From positions 6,482-70,481 of the forward strand of contig JACQGL010000186.1 of the NCBI GenBank assembly GCA_016199525.1: a stretch of 64,000 nucleotides of DNA, written 5' to 3'. The notes under the pieces are model-generated. The model was not told where the DNA came from. It saw only the letters and a program-made list of their open reading frames with translations, and did no database searches. Positions within the stretch are counted from its first letter, which is position 1; every line of letters begins with the position of its first letter. A program made the position numbers and the translations under genes. Of this stretch, positions 47,605 through 57,483 are shown one piece after another. This stretch comes from Armatimonadota bacterium (GTDB taxonomy: Bacteria; Armatimonadota; SYMT01; JACQGL01).

Positions 47605-48399
47605 GTGCCGCTGATTGGGGAGACAGCGCCATCAGCACTCCCGAGCCCTGACCCATTGACCGACCCAGCGCGTGAACACCGACAGGAGCGGCGAGAAGCG
47701 CTCGTGCGGCGACCGTCACTCTATCCTCTGATCACTCTCCTCGGACGGCCGCTCCTGCGCCTGATCTTCGCACTGCTGGGCGGCTTCGCCGTGGAAGGCC
47801 GCGCACACATCCCGCGCACGGGCGGTGTGCTGATCGTGGTCAATCATATCAGCTACGCAGATCCGCCTGCCCTGGGCCTCGCGTGCCCGAGACCGCTCTG
47901 GTTCATGGCGAACCAGAACCTGTTCGAGATACCTATTCTTGGCTGGGTTCTTTCGCAGGCGCTTGCCTTTCCGGTAGCCAAGGACGTCATCGTGGAGCGC
48001 GCCGCGCTGCGGCGTGCGGAGGCCATCCTGCGTTCGGGAGACGCGCTCGGCATCTTCCCGGAGGGCGGCACTACGCCCGACGCTCGGCTTACCACCTTCT
48101 ACTCGGGAGCGAGCCTGGTGGCGCTGCGGACCGGGGTGCCCATCATCCCCGCCGGGATCAGCGGCACCCAGCGGGTGATGCCGAACCTGTCCTGGGTGCC
48201 CCGTTACGGCAGGGGCGGAGTGCGCGTGCGCTTCGGGCCGCCGTTGCCGACCGCGGATATGCCCGCATCGCTGAGCAGACGGGAGCAGGCCGACTGGCTG
48301 GCGGCGCGGATGTGGGAGGGGATTGCCGCCCTGCTGCCGCCAGAGCACCTGCCACCCAGGCCGTTGATGAACACGAAGGGTTTTGCCGCCGGGGAGTGA
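47605..48399 (+). CDS. plsC: 1-acyl-sn-glycerol-3-phosphate acyltransferase
   Basis: VVNHISYADP (HxxxxD), FPEGGTT and IPAGISGT blocks. The start is uncertain: GTG 47605 or GTG 47704. Confidence 0.8.
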   Translation: MPLIGETAPSALPSPDPLTDPAREHRQERREALVRRPSLYPLITLLGRPLLRLIFALLGGFAVEGRAHIPRTGGVLIVVNHISYADPPALGLACPRPLWFMANQNLFEIPILGWVLSQALAFPVAKDVIVERAALRRAEAILRSGDALGIFPEGGTTPDARLTTFYSGASLVALRTGVPIIPAGISGTQRVMPNLSWVPRYGRGGVRVRFGPPLPTADMPASLSRREQADWLAARMWEGIAALLPPEHLPPRPLMNTKGFAAGE

Positions 48400-48474
48400 T
48401 CGCTCGGGAGCGCGGGGAGTGTCGTCGGGGCGTTGCCGCCGCACGGGCGCTTATCCACCCTCTGGAGGGAGTGC

Positions 48475-49731
48475 TTAGCGGATGGTATAGGCGGCCAGCG
48501 CGATGCCCAGCGCCAGCAGGCTGGAGATCGCCAGCGTGGCCCAGGGCGGTACCGGCAGGAGCGTGCGCCGGGAGAGGATGGCATCCCACTGCCGCTGAAA
48601 CCGGGTACACCAGCGCTCTTCCTCCGCTTCCTGCCAGGCACGCAGGTTCTCCGCCAGCTCGGCCAGGGCGCTCTTCCCCGCGGCCACTGCGGCTTCCAGC
48701 TGCCCATAACGCTCGGACAGGTGGCCAAACTCCGCCCGCCAGGCTTCGTCCCGCTCCCCAGCACGGCGGGAGAGGGCGCCCAGCTCCTCACGGCAGAGAT
48801 CGAGGTCCTCCTCCAGACCGTGCAGCCGTGCCGCAATCGCCCCCGCCGCCATTTCCCACCGGGGGCCGGCCCCCTCAGACGCCAGCAGGTTCTGCTGCAT
48901 GACCACCTTCGCCGCCAGCACCTGCTCCATCGCCGCCACGAAGTGCCGCTGGTAGAGGCGCTTGTCACCGTCCGGCCCATCTTCGGCGGCGGCCAGCTGG
49001 GCAGCCTTCAGCACGGCGTTCTTGATGTCCCCGCCGGGGACCGCGAATTGCCGCGCCAGCGCCTTGAAATCCACATCTGGCCCCAGGGGCGTCTTCTCCG
49101 GGTGCAGCTGGACCTTCCAGATGCGCTCTCGCTCGGCCTCACCGGGGAGATCGAACAGGATGTGGGTGCGGATACGGCGCTCGAAGGCGGGGTCGAAGTT
49201 GCAGGCCATATTGGTGGCGAAGATCACCACACCATCATAGTTCTCCAGCTCTGCAAGGAGGATATTGACCGCCTGGTTGGCCTCTCGTTCGTAGCCGTAA
49301 CTGAGGCTGGCGAACCGCCGCGCGGCGATGGAGTCCGCTTCGTCGAAGAACAGCACTGCGTCATTTGCCCGCGCCTCACGGAACACGGCGCGGATATTCT
49401 TGCCCGTTTCCCCCGCCCAGCAGCTCTCCACCTCGCTGTAGGCCACGCGGCACAGCTTCTTCCCCAGGGCACGAGCCACCGCCTCTGCGCAGATCGTCTT
49501 GCCGGTGCCCGGCGGCCCCGCGAAGTTGAACGCCAGCCCCGTGCCCTGCGGGTGGCGCTCTCCCAGGCCCCACTGGTGGAAGATCAGGCGGTGCTTGTCG
49601 ATCTGCATCAACGCCGCGTACAGCTGGTCCCGTGTAGATTGGGGGAGGACGACGTCGGCGAAGCTCCGCTTCGGCATGATCAGTTCAACCAGATCGGTGC
49701 GCGCGCTGCGGACGAAGAGGTCTCTCAGCAT
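48475..49731 (-). CDS. AAA+ ATPase with C-terminal coiled coil and C-terminal transmembrane anchor
   Basis: Walker A GPPGTGKT, Walker B VLFFDEAD, sensor ATN, and an FERR arginine finger region. The last 120 aa are heptad-like (LEEDLDLCREELGAL...LAELAENLRAWQEAEEE) and end in the hydrophobic WATLAISSLLALGIALAAYTIR. Confidence 0.85.
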   Translation of the reverse strand: MLRDLFVRSARTDLVELIMPKRSFADVVLPQSTRDQLYAALMQIDKHRLIFHQWGLGERHPQGTGLAFNFAGPPGTGKTICAEAVARALGKKLCRVAYSEVESCWAGETGKNIRAVFREARANDAVLFFDEADSIAARRFASLSYGYEREANQAVNILLAELENYDGVVIFATNMACNFDPAFERRIRTHILFDLPGEAERERIWKVQLHPEKTPLGPDVDFKALARQFAVPGGDIKNAVLKAAQLAAAEDGPDGDKRLYQRHFVAAMEQVLAAKVVMQQNLLASEGAGPRWEMAAGAIAARLHGLEEDLDLCREELGALSRRAGERDEAWRAEFGHLSERYGQLEAAVAAGKSALAELAENLRAWQEAEEERWCTRFQRQWDAILSRRTLLPVPPWATLAISSLLALGIALAAYTIR

Positions 49732-49742
49732 AGAAGGCTCCG

Positions 49743-49760
49743 CCCCGAAAGCCTTCGGGG
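49743..49760. repeat. Copy 3 of recurrent hairpin CCCCGAAAGCCTTCGGGG, in the predicted 5' UTR of the AAA+ gene
   Basis: Read directly. It lies between the predicted -10 (49769-49774) and ATG 49731. Confidence 0.7.
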
Positions 49761-49768
49761 TCCAGACC

Positions 49769-49797
49769 ATTATAGTCTGGGCCTCAGGCGCAGGCAA
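49769..49797 (-). promoter_or_regulatory. Promoter TTGCCT-17-TATAAT for the AAA+ gene
   Basis: On the minus strand, TTGCCT is at 49797-49792, the spacer is 17 nt, and TATAAT is at 49774-49769. Confidence 0.6.
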
Positions 49798-49850
49798 GGA
49801 TGCTGCCGGGCGCTCAGGTCCGCCCACCCACGGCGAACGGCCAGCGCCCC

Positions 49851-50582
49851 TTAGCTAAGCGCTCCCTCGCCCGGCGCGGCGAGCCAGGGGCGCCAGTCCA
49901 GAAGCGCCGCCCGGCACAGCTCCCCGCCCGGCAGCATGGCGCGCGCCCGCTCCTCGAGGATGGCCCGGAACGGTGCGGGGATGAAACTGTGCTCCGCAGG
50001 GCAGAGCCAGTCATACACCTGGATGAGTGCCCGCAGCAGCGGCCAGTGTGGCCCCACGTTAGCCAGAAGCAACTGCCAGTCCAGGCGGCCGTGCGTGCCG
50101 CGGATGATGTTCAGCAGGTCCGGCCAGTCGCAGCGCCCTCGCTGCAACACCATCAGCTTCATCCAGATCAGGTCCTCCGGGGCGGCGAAGCGCGCCGCTT
50201 CGCCCGCCAGCCACCCGGGGCGCGCGCGGCGGAACCAGTCGGCGCTTACCCGCGCTACCTTATTGGCAAACATCCAGATGAGATCCACAATCACGGATCC
50301 GGCATGCGCTCGGAAGATCCACTCCTGATCGTACGCTTCTACCACGAAGTAATCGTTCAGCCCCAGGTCGCGGAGCGTTTCCACGGCTGCCTTGCGATCG
50401 CCGGGGACGATTGCCAGATCCAGGTCCTTCGTATTGCGCCAGACACCGGTGTACTGGTAGACGGCGTGCGCGCCGACGACGAGGAATGGGATACCCCGAT
50501 CACGCAGTGCCGCGATCGCGCACCCGAAGAGGGCGACCTCCGACTCATCTAGAAGCGACGCTGCCACAGCGCTGGCCATCAT
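49851..50582 (-). CDS. Pol-beta-superfamily nucleotidyltransferase family protein
   Basis: FLVVGAHAVYQYTGVWRNTKDLDLAI shows the hG[GS]-x9-13-DxD minimal NTase pattern, with a later VIVDLIW. The start is at MMASAV (50582), preceded by GGAGAAG. Confidence 0.6.
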   Translation of the reverse strand: MMASAVAASLLDESEVALFGCAIAALRDRGIPFLVVGAHAVYQYTGVWRNTKDLDLAIVPGDRKAAVETLRDLGLNDYFVVEAYDQEWIFRAHAGSVIVDLIWMFANKVARVSADWFRRARPGWLAGEAARFAAPEDLIWMKLMVLQRGRCDWPDLLNIIRGTHGRLDWQLLLANVGPHWPLLRALIQVYDWLCPAEHSFIPAPFRAILEERARAMLPGGELCRAALLDWRPWLAAPGEGALS

Positions 50583-50815
50583 CCACACTTCTCCACCGGT
50601 TACGTACGCGGCGCAGCCGCGAGCGAATCCCCTTCTCACGATCAGTTAGACCACTTATACCCATCACAGCCGATCTATGGCGCTCGATGTGTATGAGAAG
50701 CGAGACCGGAGCGCTTCGGCCCCGAAGGGGCAACAGAGATTAGCCGGTGGCAAACGCCGTGCCGCCACCGGAAGCCAGACCGCCCCACCCTGCGCCCTGG
50801 AGGGGCACAGGCATA

Positions 50816-52339
50816 CTAAGGGGGTAGGAGCGTGGTGAGGCCGAGCAGGATCAGCCCGTTGTTCAGCGCGTGGAAGACGATGCCTGGCACGAGTGAGCGC
50901 CGCCACTCGTATAGAAACGTCAGCGCCAGACCCAGGGCGAAAATGGGGATGAAGCCCAGTGGTAGCTGGGGGTGCAAGCCGGCAAAGAACGCCGCGCTGA
51001 GCACGGCGGCGGTAGGCGCGTTCAGGCGCCGCCGCATCGCCCCGTACAGCGCGCCGCGGAAGAAGATCTCTTCCAGCACCGGCGCCCCCACCCCGGCGAT
51101 GAGGAACAGCCCCAGCCGCAGCCAGGGATCGCCCGCGCCCACGACGAGCGACTCCACAGGGTGGTACGGCTGTGGAAACTGCGGAAACCAGCGTTCTCCC
51201 ACCCACCGGGTCAGCTGTGACACCCAGATCAGGTTTACCCACACGATCGGCAGCGCCGCCAGACCCCACGCCAGGTTTACGCCCAGCGGCCGCGCCCGCA
51301 GGCCCACTTCGTCCAGGCCGAGGCCCCGGCGACGCAGCCGCCACCAGAGATAGCCCACCGCTAGCAGGGCAATCAGATCCGACGCCGCGTTCACGCCGAT
51401 GATGATCGCCGGGGTGCGTTCCGCCAGTAGCCGGGCTAGCGGGTCCCACCACTGCAGCCAGGCAGGCGCCGTCCAGAGGAACGCGTAGAGCAGGAACCCC
51501 TCCCACAGGATGGGCGCCGCATCCTGCCAGGGCCGCTCTTCCCGTGGCAGAAGCCGGTGGCGAGCCAGAACCAGCGCCACTACGGTGAATACGGCGCCCA
51601 GGCCCACGATGAGGAGTAGAAAGAGCAACGCCAGCACCGCCCGCCCCATGTAGCGGCTCGCCCGGCGGGTGAGTTCCGTCCGCAGGTCTTCCGCTTCGGC
51701 GGCCCGGCCCGCGCGTCGATAGCTCTCGGCGACCAGCAGGTCACCAAACAAGCCCCAGTCCAGTTCGCGCACCCGCCGTTCAACCTCGCCCGTATGAGCC
51801 GGGGTGGGCGGTGTTTCGTCCAGGGCCAGCGACCAGAGCTGCGCCGCCTGCTCTGCCCGGGGAGACTGCCGCTGGCGCAGCAGAGACGTGGCCTCTGCGG
51901 CCACGCGCCGTGCCGCAGGAAGGTCGTGCCTGGCCAGGTAAAGGACGGCCAGCTCGCGGCGAAACACCTCCGAGGTGGGGGCTTCTTGAACCGCCCGTTC
52001 ATAGTGCCGGATGGCTGCCTGAAGCATCTCATCCGCGGGCATCCCCCCTCGCACCAGACGAATCGCCAGCGCCTGCCGGGCCGCAATCGTTCCCTGAATG
52101 TAATGCTCGAACGCGCGCCCTGGATCGCCAGGGACGGCGTCGCCCGGGCTGCGCAGCGTGAAGGCGACGAGCGCCAGAATTCCCAGAGTGGCGAACAAGG
52201 AGCGGCGGGGCCATTCCCCCCGCCATCCCTGCCCGGGCCAGCCCAGCAGGCCGTAAAGCACGACGAATGTCGCCAGGTAGATCAGGAAGTGGTATGGACT
52301 GAGGGCCGCAGCAAGCACGGCAGGCGCTCCCCGGTACAC
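50816..52339 (-). CDS. CPBP-family intramembrane glutamic endopeptidase (CAAX/Abi) with N-terminal TPR-like extension
   Basis: The C-terminal motifs are APVLEEIFFRG (EExxxR), FFAGLH (FxxxH) and FHALNNG (HxxxN). There are multiple TM helices. GTG start. Confidence 0.85.
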   Translation of the reverse strand: MYRGAPAVLAAALSPYHFLIYLATFVVLYGLLGWPGQGWRGEWPRRSLFATLGILALVAFTLRSPGDAVPGDPGRAFEHYIQGTIAARQALAIRLVRGGMPADEMLQAAIRHYERAVQEAPTSEVFRRELAVLYLARHDLPAARRVAAEATSLLRQRQSPRAEQAAQLWSLALDETPPTPAHTGEVERRVRELDWGLFGDLLVAESYRRAGRAAEAEDLRTELTRRASRYMGRAVLALLFLLLIVGLGAVFTVVALVLARHRLLPREERPWQDAAPILWEGFLLYAFLWTAPAWLQWWDPLARLLAERTPAIIIGVNAASDLIALLAVGYLWWRLRRRGLGLDEVGLRARPLGVNLAWGLAALPIVWVNLIWVSQLTRWVGERWFPQFPQPYHPVESLVVGAGDPWLRLGLFLIAGVGAPVLEEIFFRGALYGAMRRRLNAPTAAVLSAAFFAGLHPQLPLGFIPIFALGLALTFLYEWRRSLVPGIVFHALNNGLILLGLTTLLPP

Positions 52340-52393
52340 GGCGGCAGAATGGGCCCGCTCACCGGCCGCGAGGCCCCGAACACTGTGTTCGCG

Positions 52394-53041
52394 TCACGAA
52401 CCCGCCGCGCGCTGTGGCTCGTTGCGTTGCCGCTCGAACTCACGCCGGCGGAGGACCATGTCGATCATCAGAGGGCGGATACGATCACCTTCCCTGCGGA
52501 ACAGGGAGCGAATGGCAGCGTAGCGCGGGTCCTGAAACACGCCGGCGCTGTCGGGCTGCGCCTCGCCCCACCGGTGACCGATCACCTGGAAGCCGCACTT
52601 CTCGTACACGCGTCGGGCACGCGTGTTGAACGCGGCGACATCCAGGAATAACGCCTCCATCCCCAGCACCTCGAAATAATAGCGCAGGAATGCCTGGAGA
52701 GCGTCCGTACCGTACCCCCGGTCCAGGCGGGCAGGGCTGAAGGAGATCCCCAGCACGGCGGTGCGTGCGCGTTCGTCAATGCCGCGCAGTGAGAGGCGGC
52801 CAATCAGCTCCCCGCGTTCATCCTCCACGGTGAACATCCGCCGGTCGGGGGCGTCGCGGCGGGAGCGGAAGTACAGATCCCGCTGCCGAGGCGTCATCTG
52901 CGGCGGGTTGTAATCCCCGAACAAGGGATTCGTGTGCCGGGGCCACTCAAGCCACCGGTCCACATCCTCCCGCTCGAACGGCCGGAGGGTCGTTTTCTGG
53001 CCGCGAATCAGCGGCGGCGCGGCGCGGCGCGTAAACAGCAT
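52394..53041 (-). CDS. GNAT-family N-acetyltransferase (RimJ/RimL-like)
   Basis: LRPFEREDVDRWLEW..., RGYGTDALQAFLRYYF (Q/RxxGxG/A-like) and NTRARRVYEKCGFQ motifs. Confidence 0.85.
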   Translation of the reverse strand: MLFTRRAAPPLIRGQKTTLRPFEREDVDRWLEWPRHTNPLFGDYNPPQMTPRQRDLYFRSRRDAPDRRMFTVEDERGELIGRLSLRGIDERARTAVLGISFSPARLDRGYGTDALQAFLRYYFEVLGMEALFLDVAAFNTRARRVYEKCGFQVIGHRWGEAQPDSAGVFQDPRYAAIRSLFRREGDRIRPLMIDMVLRRREFERQRNEPQRAAGS

Positions 53042-53084
53042 CTACGATCACCGGTCCCATCCTAACCCGAGATCGCCGTGCCAG

Positions 53085-53984
53085 CTACACGGCTTCCAGG
53101 ACCGCGCCCTGCTCATCGACCTCCAGGGCCATCCAGCGACAACGCAGCCCCGCAGCGTGCAGAGCGTCGCACATCGCCGCCCCCACCTCGGCGACTTGCC
53201 CTCGCGTGAGCGCGAGCAGGCTGGAACCGGAGCCGCTGAGGCAGGCGCCGCAGGCGCCCGCAGCACGCGCTGCCGCCAGGGCTGCCTCAAATCCGGGCAG
53301 GAGTCGCGCACGGTACGGCTGGTGCAGGCGATCCGCCATTCCGGCGCCCAGCAGATCGGGCCGCCCCTGGGTGAGCGCAGCGACCAGAAGGGCCGCGCGG
53401 CCGACGTTGAACACTGCATCCTCGCGCGCCACGCACGCCGGCAGCACCGCACGGGCATCCGCAGTGGCGATCTCCAGATCGGGAACCGCCACCACCGCGT
53501 GCAGTCCTGCGGGGGTAGGCAGCCGCAGATGGATCACCTCCCCTGCCGCGCGGGTTACCACCTGAAGACCGCCCATCAGCGCGGGCGTGACGTTGTCGGG
53601 ATGTCCTTCGAGCTGTACCGCGCGCCGGAGGAGTTCCTCGCGGGAGAACGGCTCGCCCAGCAGGGCGTTGGCTGCCAGCAGCCCTCCCACGATGGCGGTG
53701 GCGCTGCTTCCCAGCCCCCGGCCAACCGGGACCTCGTTGCGGAGCCGAATGCGCAGGGCTGGTTGGGGGCGCCCCGCTTCTGCCAGCAGATCTGCCGCCG
53801 TCCGGTAGACCAGGTTGCTGGGGTCCGCGGGCAAGCGGTCGGCACCCTCTCCCTCGATCTCCACCGCCGGTCGTGCCGCAGCCTCCACCTCTAGCCGATT
53901 GTGGAGCCGCAACGCCATGCCCAGGGCGTCAAACCCAGGGCCAAGGTTAGTGGTGCTGGCCGGAACGCGGATACGAACGATCAT
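53085..53984 (-). CDS. thrB: Homoserine kinase
   Basis: VPASTTNLGPGFDALG N-terminus and the GHMP motif VPVGRGLGSSAT. Confidence 0.9.
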   Translation of the reverse strand: MIVRIRVPASTTNLGPGFDALGMALRLHNRLEVEAAARPAVEIEGEGADRLPADPSNLVYRTAADLLAEAGRPQPALRIRLRNEVPVGRGLGSSATAIVGGLLAANALLGEPFSREELLRRAVQLEGHPDNVTPALMGGLQVVTRAAGEVIHLRLPTPAGLHAVVAVPDLEIATADARAVLPACVAREDAVFNVGRAALLVAALTQGRPDLLGAGMADRLHQPYRARLLPGFEAALAAARAAGACGACLSGSGSSLLALTRGQVAEVGAAMCDALHAAGLRCRWMALEVDEQGAVLEAV

Positions 53985-54138
53985 GGCAACGCTGATCTTC
54001 GGACGCGGGACGCAATCCACGGCGCCCGCGGAGTTCTTTCGCTGTCCGAGAGCCCACGCCCTGCTGCCGGATGGGAGCCTGCCGGCAGTTCCGTGCCTGC
54101 CCAGTTTGCCAGGCGGCGATACCGGCTAACTACTCCGG

Positions 54139-54156
54139 CCCGGAAAGCGTTCGGGG
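54139..54156. repeat. Copy 4 (degenerate) of recurrent hairpin CCCGGAAAGCGTTCGGGG
   Basis: Read directly, with one stem mismatch relative to the other copies. It is intergenic, upstream of thrB. Confidence 0.6.
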
Positions 54157-54372
54157 CTGCCCGGCTACTTACTCACACTCGCGCTCCTACTCGGGCGGCG
54201 GGGGCCTGGATGCCTGGCTGCAGGAGTAAGAACACGATTCGCAAGGCGGCGGTAGCGCGTTCGTTGTGCTGCTTCGTTCCGCCTGCCCGCGAGGGACGGG
54301 GCATGCTCCGCCCGCTTCAGGGGCGCTTCCTTCGGGTGGCAGAGAAGGACGAGGCCACTTCCCCAGTTTCGT

Positions 54373-54591
54373 TCAGTCCTGGCTGGCAGCCCGCTCCCAG
54401 GCTTGCTCCAGATGGTGGGCGGCCGCCTTGAGCAGGTCCAGCACCTCATCTGTGCGGCGGTGGTCATCTCGCTGCAGCGCCCGGCGGGCGGATCGCAGGC
54501 AGCTCATGGCCTGCCGCAATTCATCCTGTGACGAGCCGGGGTGACGTTCCGCTTCTCGGGGCGTGCGGCTCGGGTGAGTAGCTTCCGCCAT
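54373..54591 (-). CDS. Hypothetical small helical protein (72 aa)
   Basis: ATG 54591 is preceded by GGGGAGAAG. The product is MAEATHPSRTPREAE...LLKAAAHHLEQAWERAASQD. No family was recognised. Confidence 0.4.
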   Translation of the reverse strand: MAEATHPSRTPREAERHPGSSQDELRQAMSCLRSARRALQRDDHRRTDEVLDLLKAAAHHLEQAWERAASQD

Positions 54592-54921
54592 CGTCGCTTC
54601 TCCCCGCAGGATCTGGGGATGGCTGCGGCGTAGGGAGGGCCGGCTCCCGCAAGACCCCGCATGGGACATTCGCACGTAGGCTGGGTCTGATCCGACGCGT
54701 GGTTGAACCGCGGGAGGGACGGCGGTTTATTCTCCCTATTTTATCATCACCCGCAATGTTTGCGCCTGCTTCCTCACTTAGTGAAGAGACGTCGCCCTAC
54801 CCCACGAGCGACCGCATATTGAAGGGAGCAGGAGAGGGGAGCGCGGCGACCCAAACTGTTCCGTAGCATCTTTCAGCACATCGGGCGCGGCGGATCGGCC
54901 GCTCGCGCCCCGGAGTACGTT

Positions 54922-55689
54922 ATGCCCACTCTATCTCCATTCTGTCTGGATGGCAAAATCGTCATTGTCACCGGCGCCGGCCGGGGCATCGGTAGGAGCA
55001 TCGCCGGGCACGCCGCCGCTGCCGGCGCCGACCTGGTTCTCGGTAGCCGGACCGTTCCCGAGCTGGAGGCTTTGGCACAGGAGCTGAAGCCGCTGGATCG
55101 GAGGATCGCCTGCCTGCCATTGGACGTCACTTCTCTGGCCTCCATCCGCGCGTTCACGCAGGCGGCCCTGGACCATTTCGGCCAGATCGACGTTTTGGTG
55201 AACAACGCGGGCACGAACCGGATCAAGCCCGCGCTGGAAATCACTGAGGAGGACTGGGACCTGATCTGCGACACCAATCTCAAGGGCTGCTTCTTTATGA
55301 GCCAGGAAGTGGGTCGCCATATGGTGGAGCGGCGGAGCGGCGCGATCGTCAACATTAGCAGCCAGGCGGGGCTGGTGGGCGGGCCGCAGCGCGTTCCCTA
55401 TTCCGGCGCCAAGGGAGGGGTGGTAAACATGACCCGCGCCCTGGCGGTCGAGTGGGCTTCCTACGGCGTCAGGGTGAACGGGATCGCTCCCACGGTGACG
55501 CGGACGCCGCTGGCGGAGCAGGCGATGCAGAACCCGCAGTTTCGAGAGATGGTGCTGCGCAGCATCCCGCTGGGGCGGCTGGCGGAGCCGGACGAGATCG
55601 CCTTGGCCGTGGTGTTTCTCGCCTCCGACGCCGCGCGGATGATTACGGGGCAGACCCTGGCCGTGGACGGGGGGTGGACGGCGGTATGA
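54922..55689 (+). CDS. SDR-family oxidoreductase
   Basis: VTGAGRGIGRSIA (TGxxxGxG), NNAG and YSGAKGG (YxxxK). Confidence 0.9.
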   Translation: MPTLSPFCLDGKIVIVTGAGRGIGRSIAGHAAAAGADLVLGSRTVPELEALAQELKPLDRRIACLPLDVTSLASIRAFTQAALDHFGQIDVLVNNAGTNRIKPALEITEEDWDLICDTNLKGCFFMSQEVGRHMVERRSGAIVNISSQAGLVGGPQRVPYSGAKGGVVNMTRALAVEWASYGVRVNGIAPTVTRTPLAEQAMQNPQFREMVLRSIPLGRLAEPDEIALAVVFLASDAARMITGQTLAVDGGWTAV

Positions 55690-55899
55690 GGCTTCTCGGG
55701 CGGCGGAAGTCCCCGCTACACCACGGAGAGCCTGCCTTCGCCGACTCTACGCCCGGTATCTTTGCGCGCCGCTGGCTGGCAGCCTACCTTACCGGGCAGT
55801 CGCTCCTATGGGTAATGCGGATGCCGGAGGAATGCAATACTGCCAGCCTGTATGCTTCCCACGCGCGCCGCCGCGCCCCCAAACGCCGAATGCCCGTGC

Positions 55900-56670
55900 C
55901 TACCGGTAGGCCTCCCAGAGCATCTTCAGGTTGTAGCCGTGCTTCCAGTCCACGAATCGCCACCAGTCGCGCATATCTTCGGGAGGTGGCAGGGCGGCCG
56001 CCACTTCCGCCAGCGATTTTCGGGCGCGCGCCATGGCGGGCACTTGCGCCAGGAGTTCCTCAAAGTACTGGAGCCAGCGGCGGATGTGGTTCCTGGTGAG
56101 CACGGGGCCGTGGCCGGGGATGAGCACGTCCGCATCGTAAGCGAGGACGCGGCCGAGCACTTCTCGCAGGCGAGGCACCTTCTGCTCGTCCCAGCGCGCC
56201 AGCGGGATCATCCCCCATCCGAACAAGTCCGCGACGTGCAGCACCTTCGCCCAGGTGAAGTAGACCACCGAATCCCAGGGGGTGTGCGTGCCGCCCAGGT
56301 ACTCCACTTCGACCGCGCGCTCGCCCGGCCTCAGGGTATAGCGGTCGTGAAACGTGATATCTGGCCGGCCGTCGCCGGGTAGGGTAGGGGGGCCCACCGA
56401 TTCGTGGGTGATGACCGTGACGCCCTGCCGGGCCCAGATCGGGTTGCAGGCGGTGTGGTCAGCGTGCCAGTGGGTGTTGATCAGCCACTTCATCGGCTTG
56501 CCGACCGCGGCACGAATGCAGTTCTGGATGACGGGAGCCAGGTTCGGATCTTCGAGGGCGTCCACCACGACGACGCCCTCGCCCAGGTCGGCCCAGGTGG
56601 CGTTGTCCACCGCATTACGGATGAAGACGCCGGGGCCCAGCTCAAGGATCCGGTTCTCAACAAATTCCAT
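55900..56670 (-). CDS. MBL-fold metallo-hydrolase
   Basis: INTHWHADHTACN (HxHxDH). The start is at MEFVENRILEL (ATG 56670). Confidence 0.8.
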   Translation of the reverse strand: MEFVENRILELGPGVFIRNAVDNATWADLGEGVVVVDALEDPNLAPVIQNCIRAAVGKPMKWLINTHWHADHTACNPIWARQGVTVITHESVGPPTLPGDGRPDITFHDRYTLRPGERAVEVEYLGGTHTPWDSVVYFTWAKVLHVADLFGWGMIPLARWDEQKVPRLREVLGRVLAYDADVLIPGHGPVLTRNHIRRWLQYFEELLAQVPAMARARKSLAEVAAALPPPEDMRDWWRFVDWKHGYNLKMLWEAYR

Positions 56671-56886
56671 GCCGTTGCCTCGTGGAAACGTTAGCACGCT
56701 GGAGCCTGCCAACGTTTGATTCTGCGCGTGAGCGGCCCCCGCGAAGCGCGGGGGCGCCCTTCCCGTTAGGCCGCGCCGGGAAGTTTTCCTTCCGCCCTGC
56801 GTTCCACCCCGAATGAGCGCTGCTTCCGCCGCGGGCGACCGGGTTCGGTCGCTCACGAGCCGCAGCTGCACGGCGCGGATCATGCC

Positions 56887-57483
56887 TCAGCGACGACGCG
56901 CCTTGCGCGCCAGGTCCGCTTCAATATGGTCGAGGCGTGCCATCCGACGGTGGTATTCGCGAATGGAGAGCGACGTCTCGCGCCGGGTGGACGCCAGGAT
57001 CTCCTCTACGCGAGCAAGCAGCTGCCGCCCGGCGTCTCGGCGGATCAGACGGCGGTGCCGCGCCCCCTCGATCCGGTGGCGCAGGGCGCGAGCGCGGGCG
57101 AGCACCTGCTCTCGACGTGCTTTGCCTGCCCTGAGGCGCGAGGCGGACGGCGCCGGCCGGGGTGGGCGGTTTGCTACCGCTGCAGGTCGCGGGCGCTTGT
57201 GTCCGAGGGCGCGGCCGTGGGGCGGGGGCCCGTGCTTCTCATGTCCGAGGGCGCGGCCGTGGGGTGGGGTGCTGTTCCCTTCGTGGCCCGCAGCTCGTCC
57301 GGGCGGGGCCGGGTTCTCCCGTCGCTCCTGACGATCCCGCTCCGCCCGTGTATCGCGTCGGCGCTCTACTCTGGAGGAACGCGCCTCCGTATGGCGCTTC
57401 TCCTTCTCCTTTGCGTTCGCCGGAACGCAGGCCACCAGGATAGCCGCCATCAGACCCAGGCGTAGCCAGCGCTGATTCATCAT
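56887..57483 (-). CDS. Basic Arg-rich lipoprotein-like hypothetical with an internal 14-aa duplication
   Basis: MMNQRWLRLGLMAAILVAC is signal plus lipobox-like (LVAC). PPHGRALGHEKHGP/PPHGRALGHKRPRP is encoded by a 42-nt direct repeat (57201-57222 and 57243-57264 are identical over 22 nt). Confidence 0.6.
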   Translation of the reverse strand: MMNQRWLRLGLMAAILVACVPANAKEKEKRHTEARSSRVERRRDTRAERDRQERRENPAPPGRAAGHEGNSTPPHGRALGHEKHGPPPHGRALGHKRPRPAAVANRPPRPAPSASRLRAGKARREQVLARARALRHRIEGARHRRLIRRDAGRQLLARVEEILASTRRETSLSIREYHRRMARLDHIEADLARKARRR

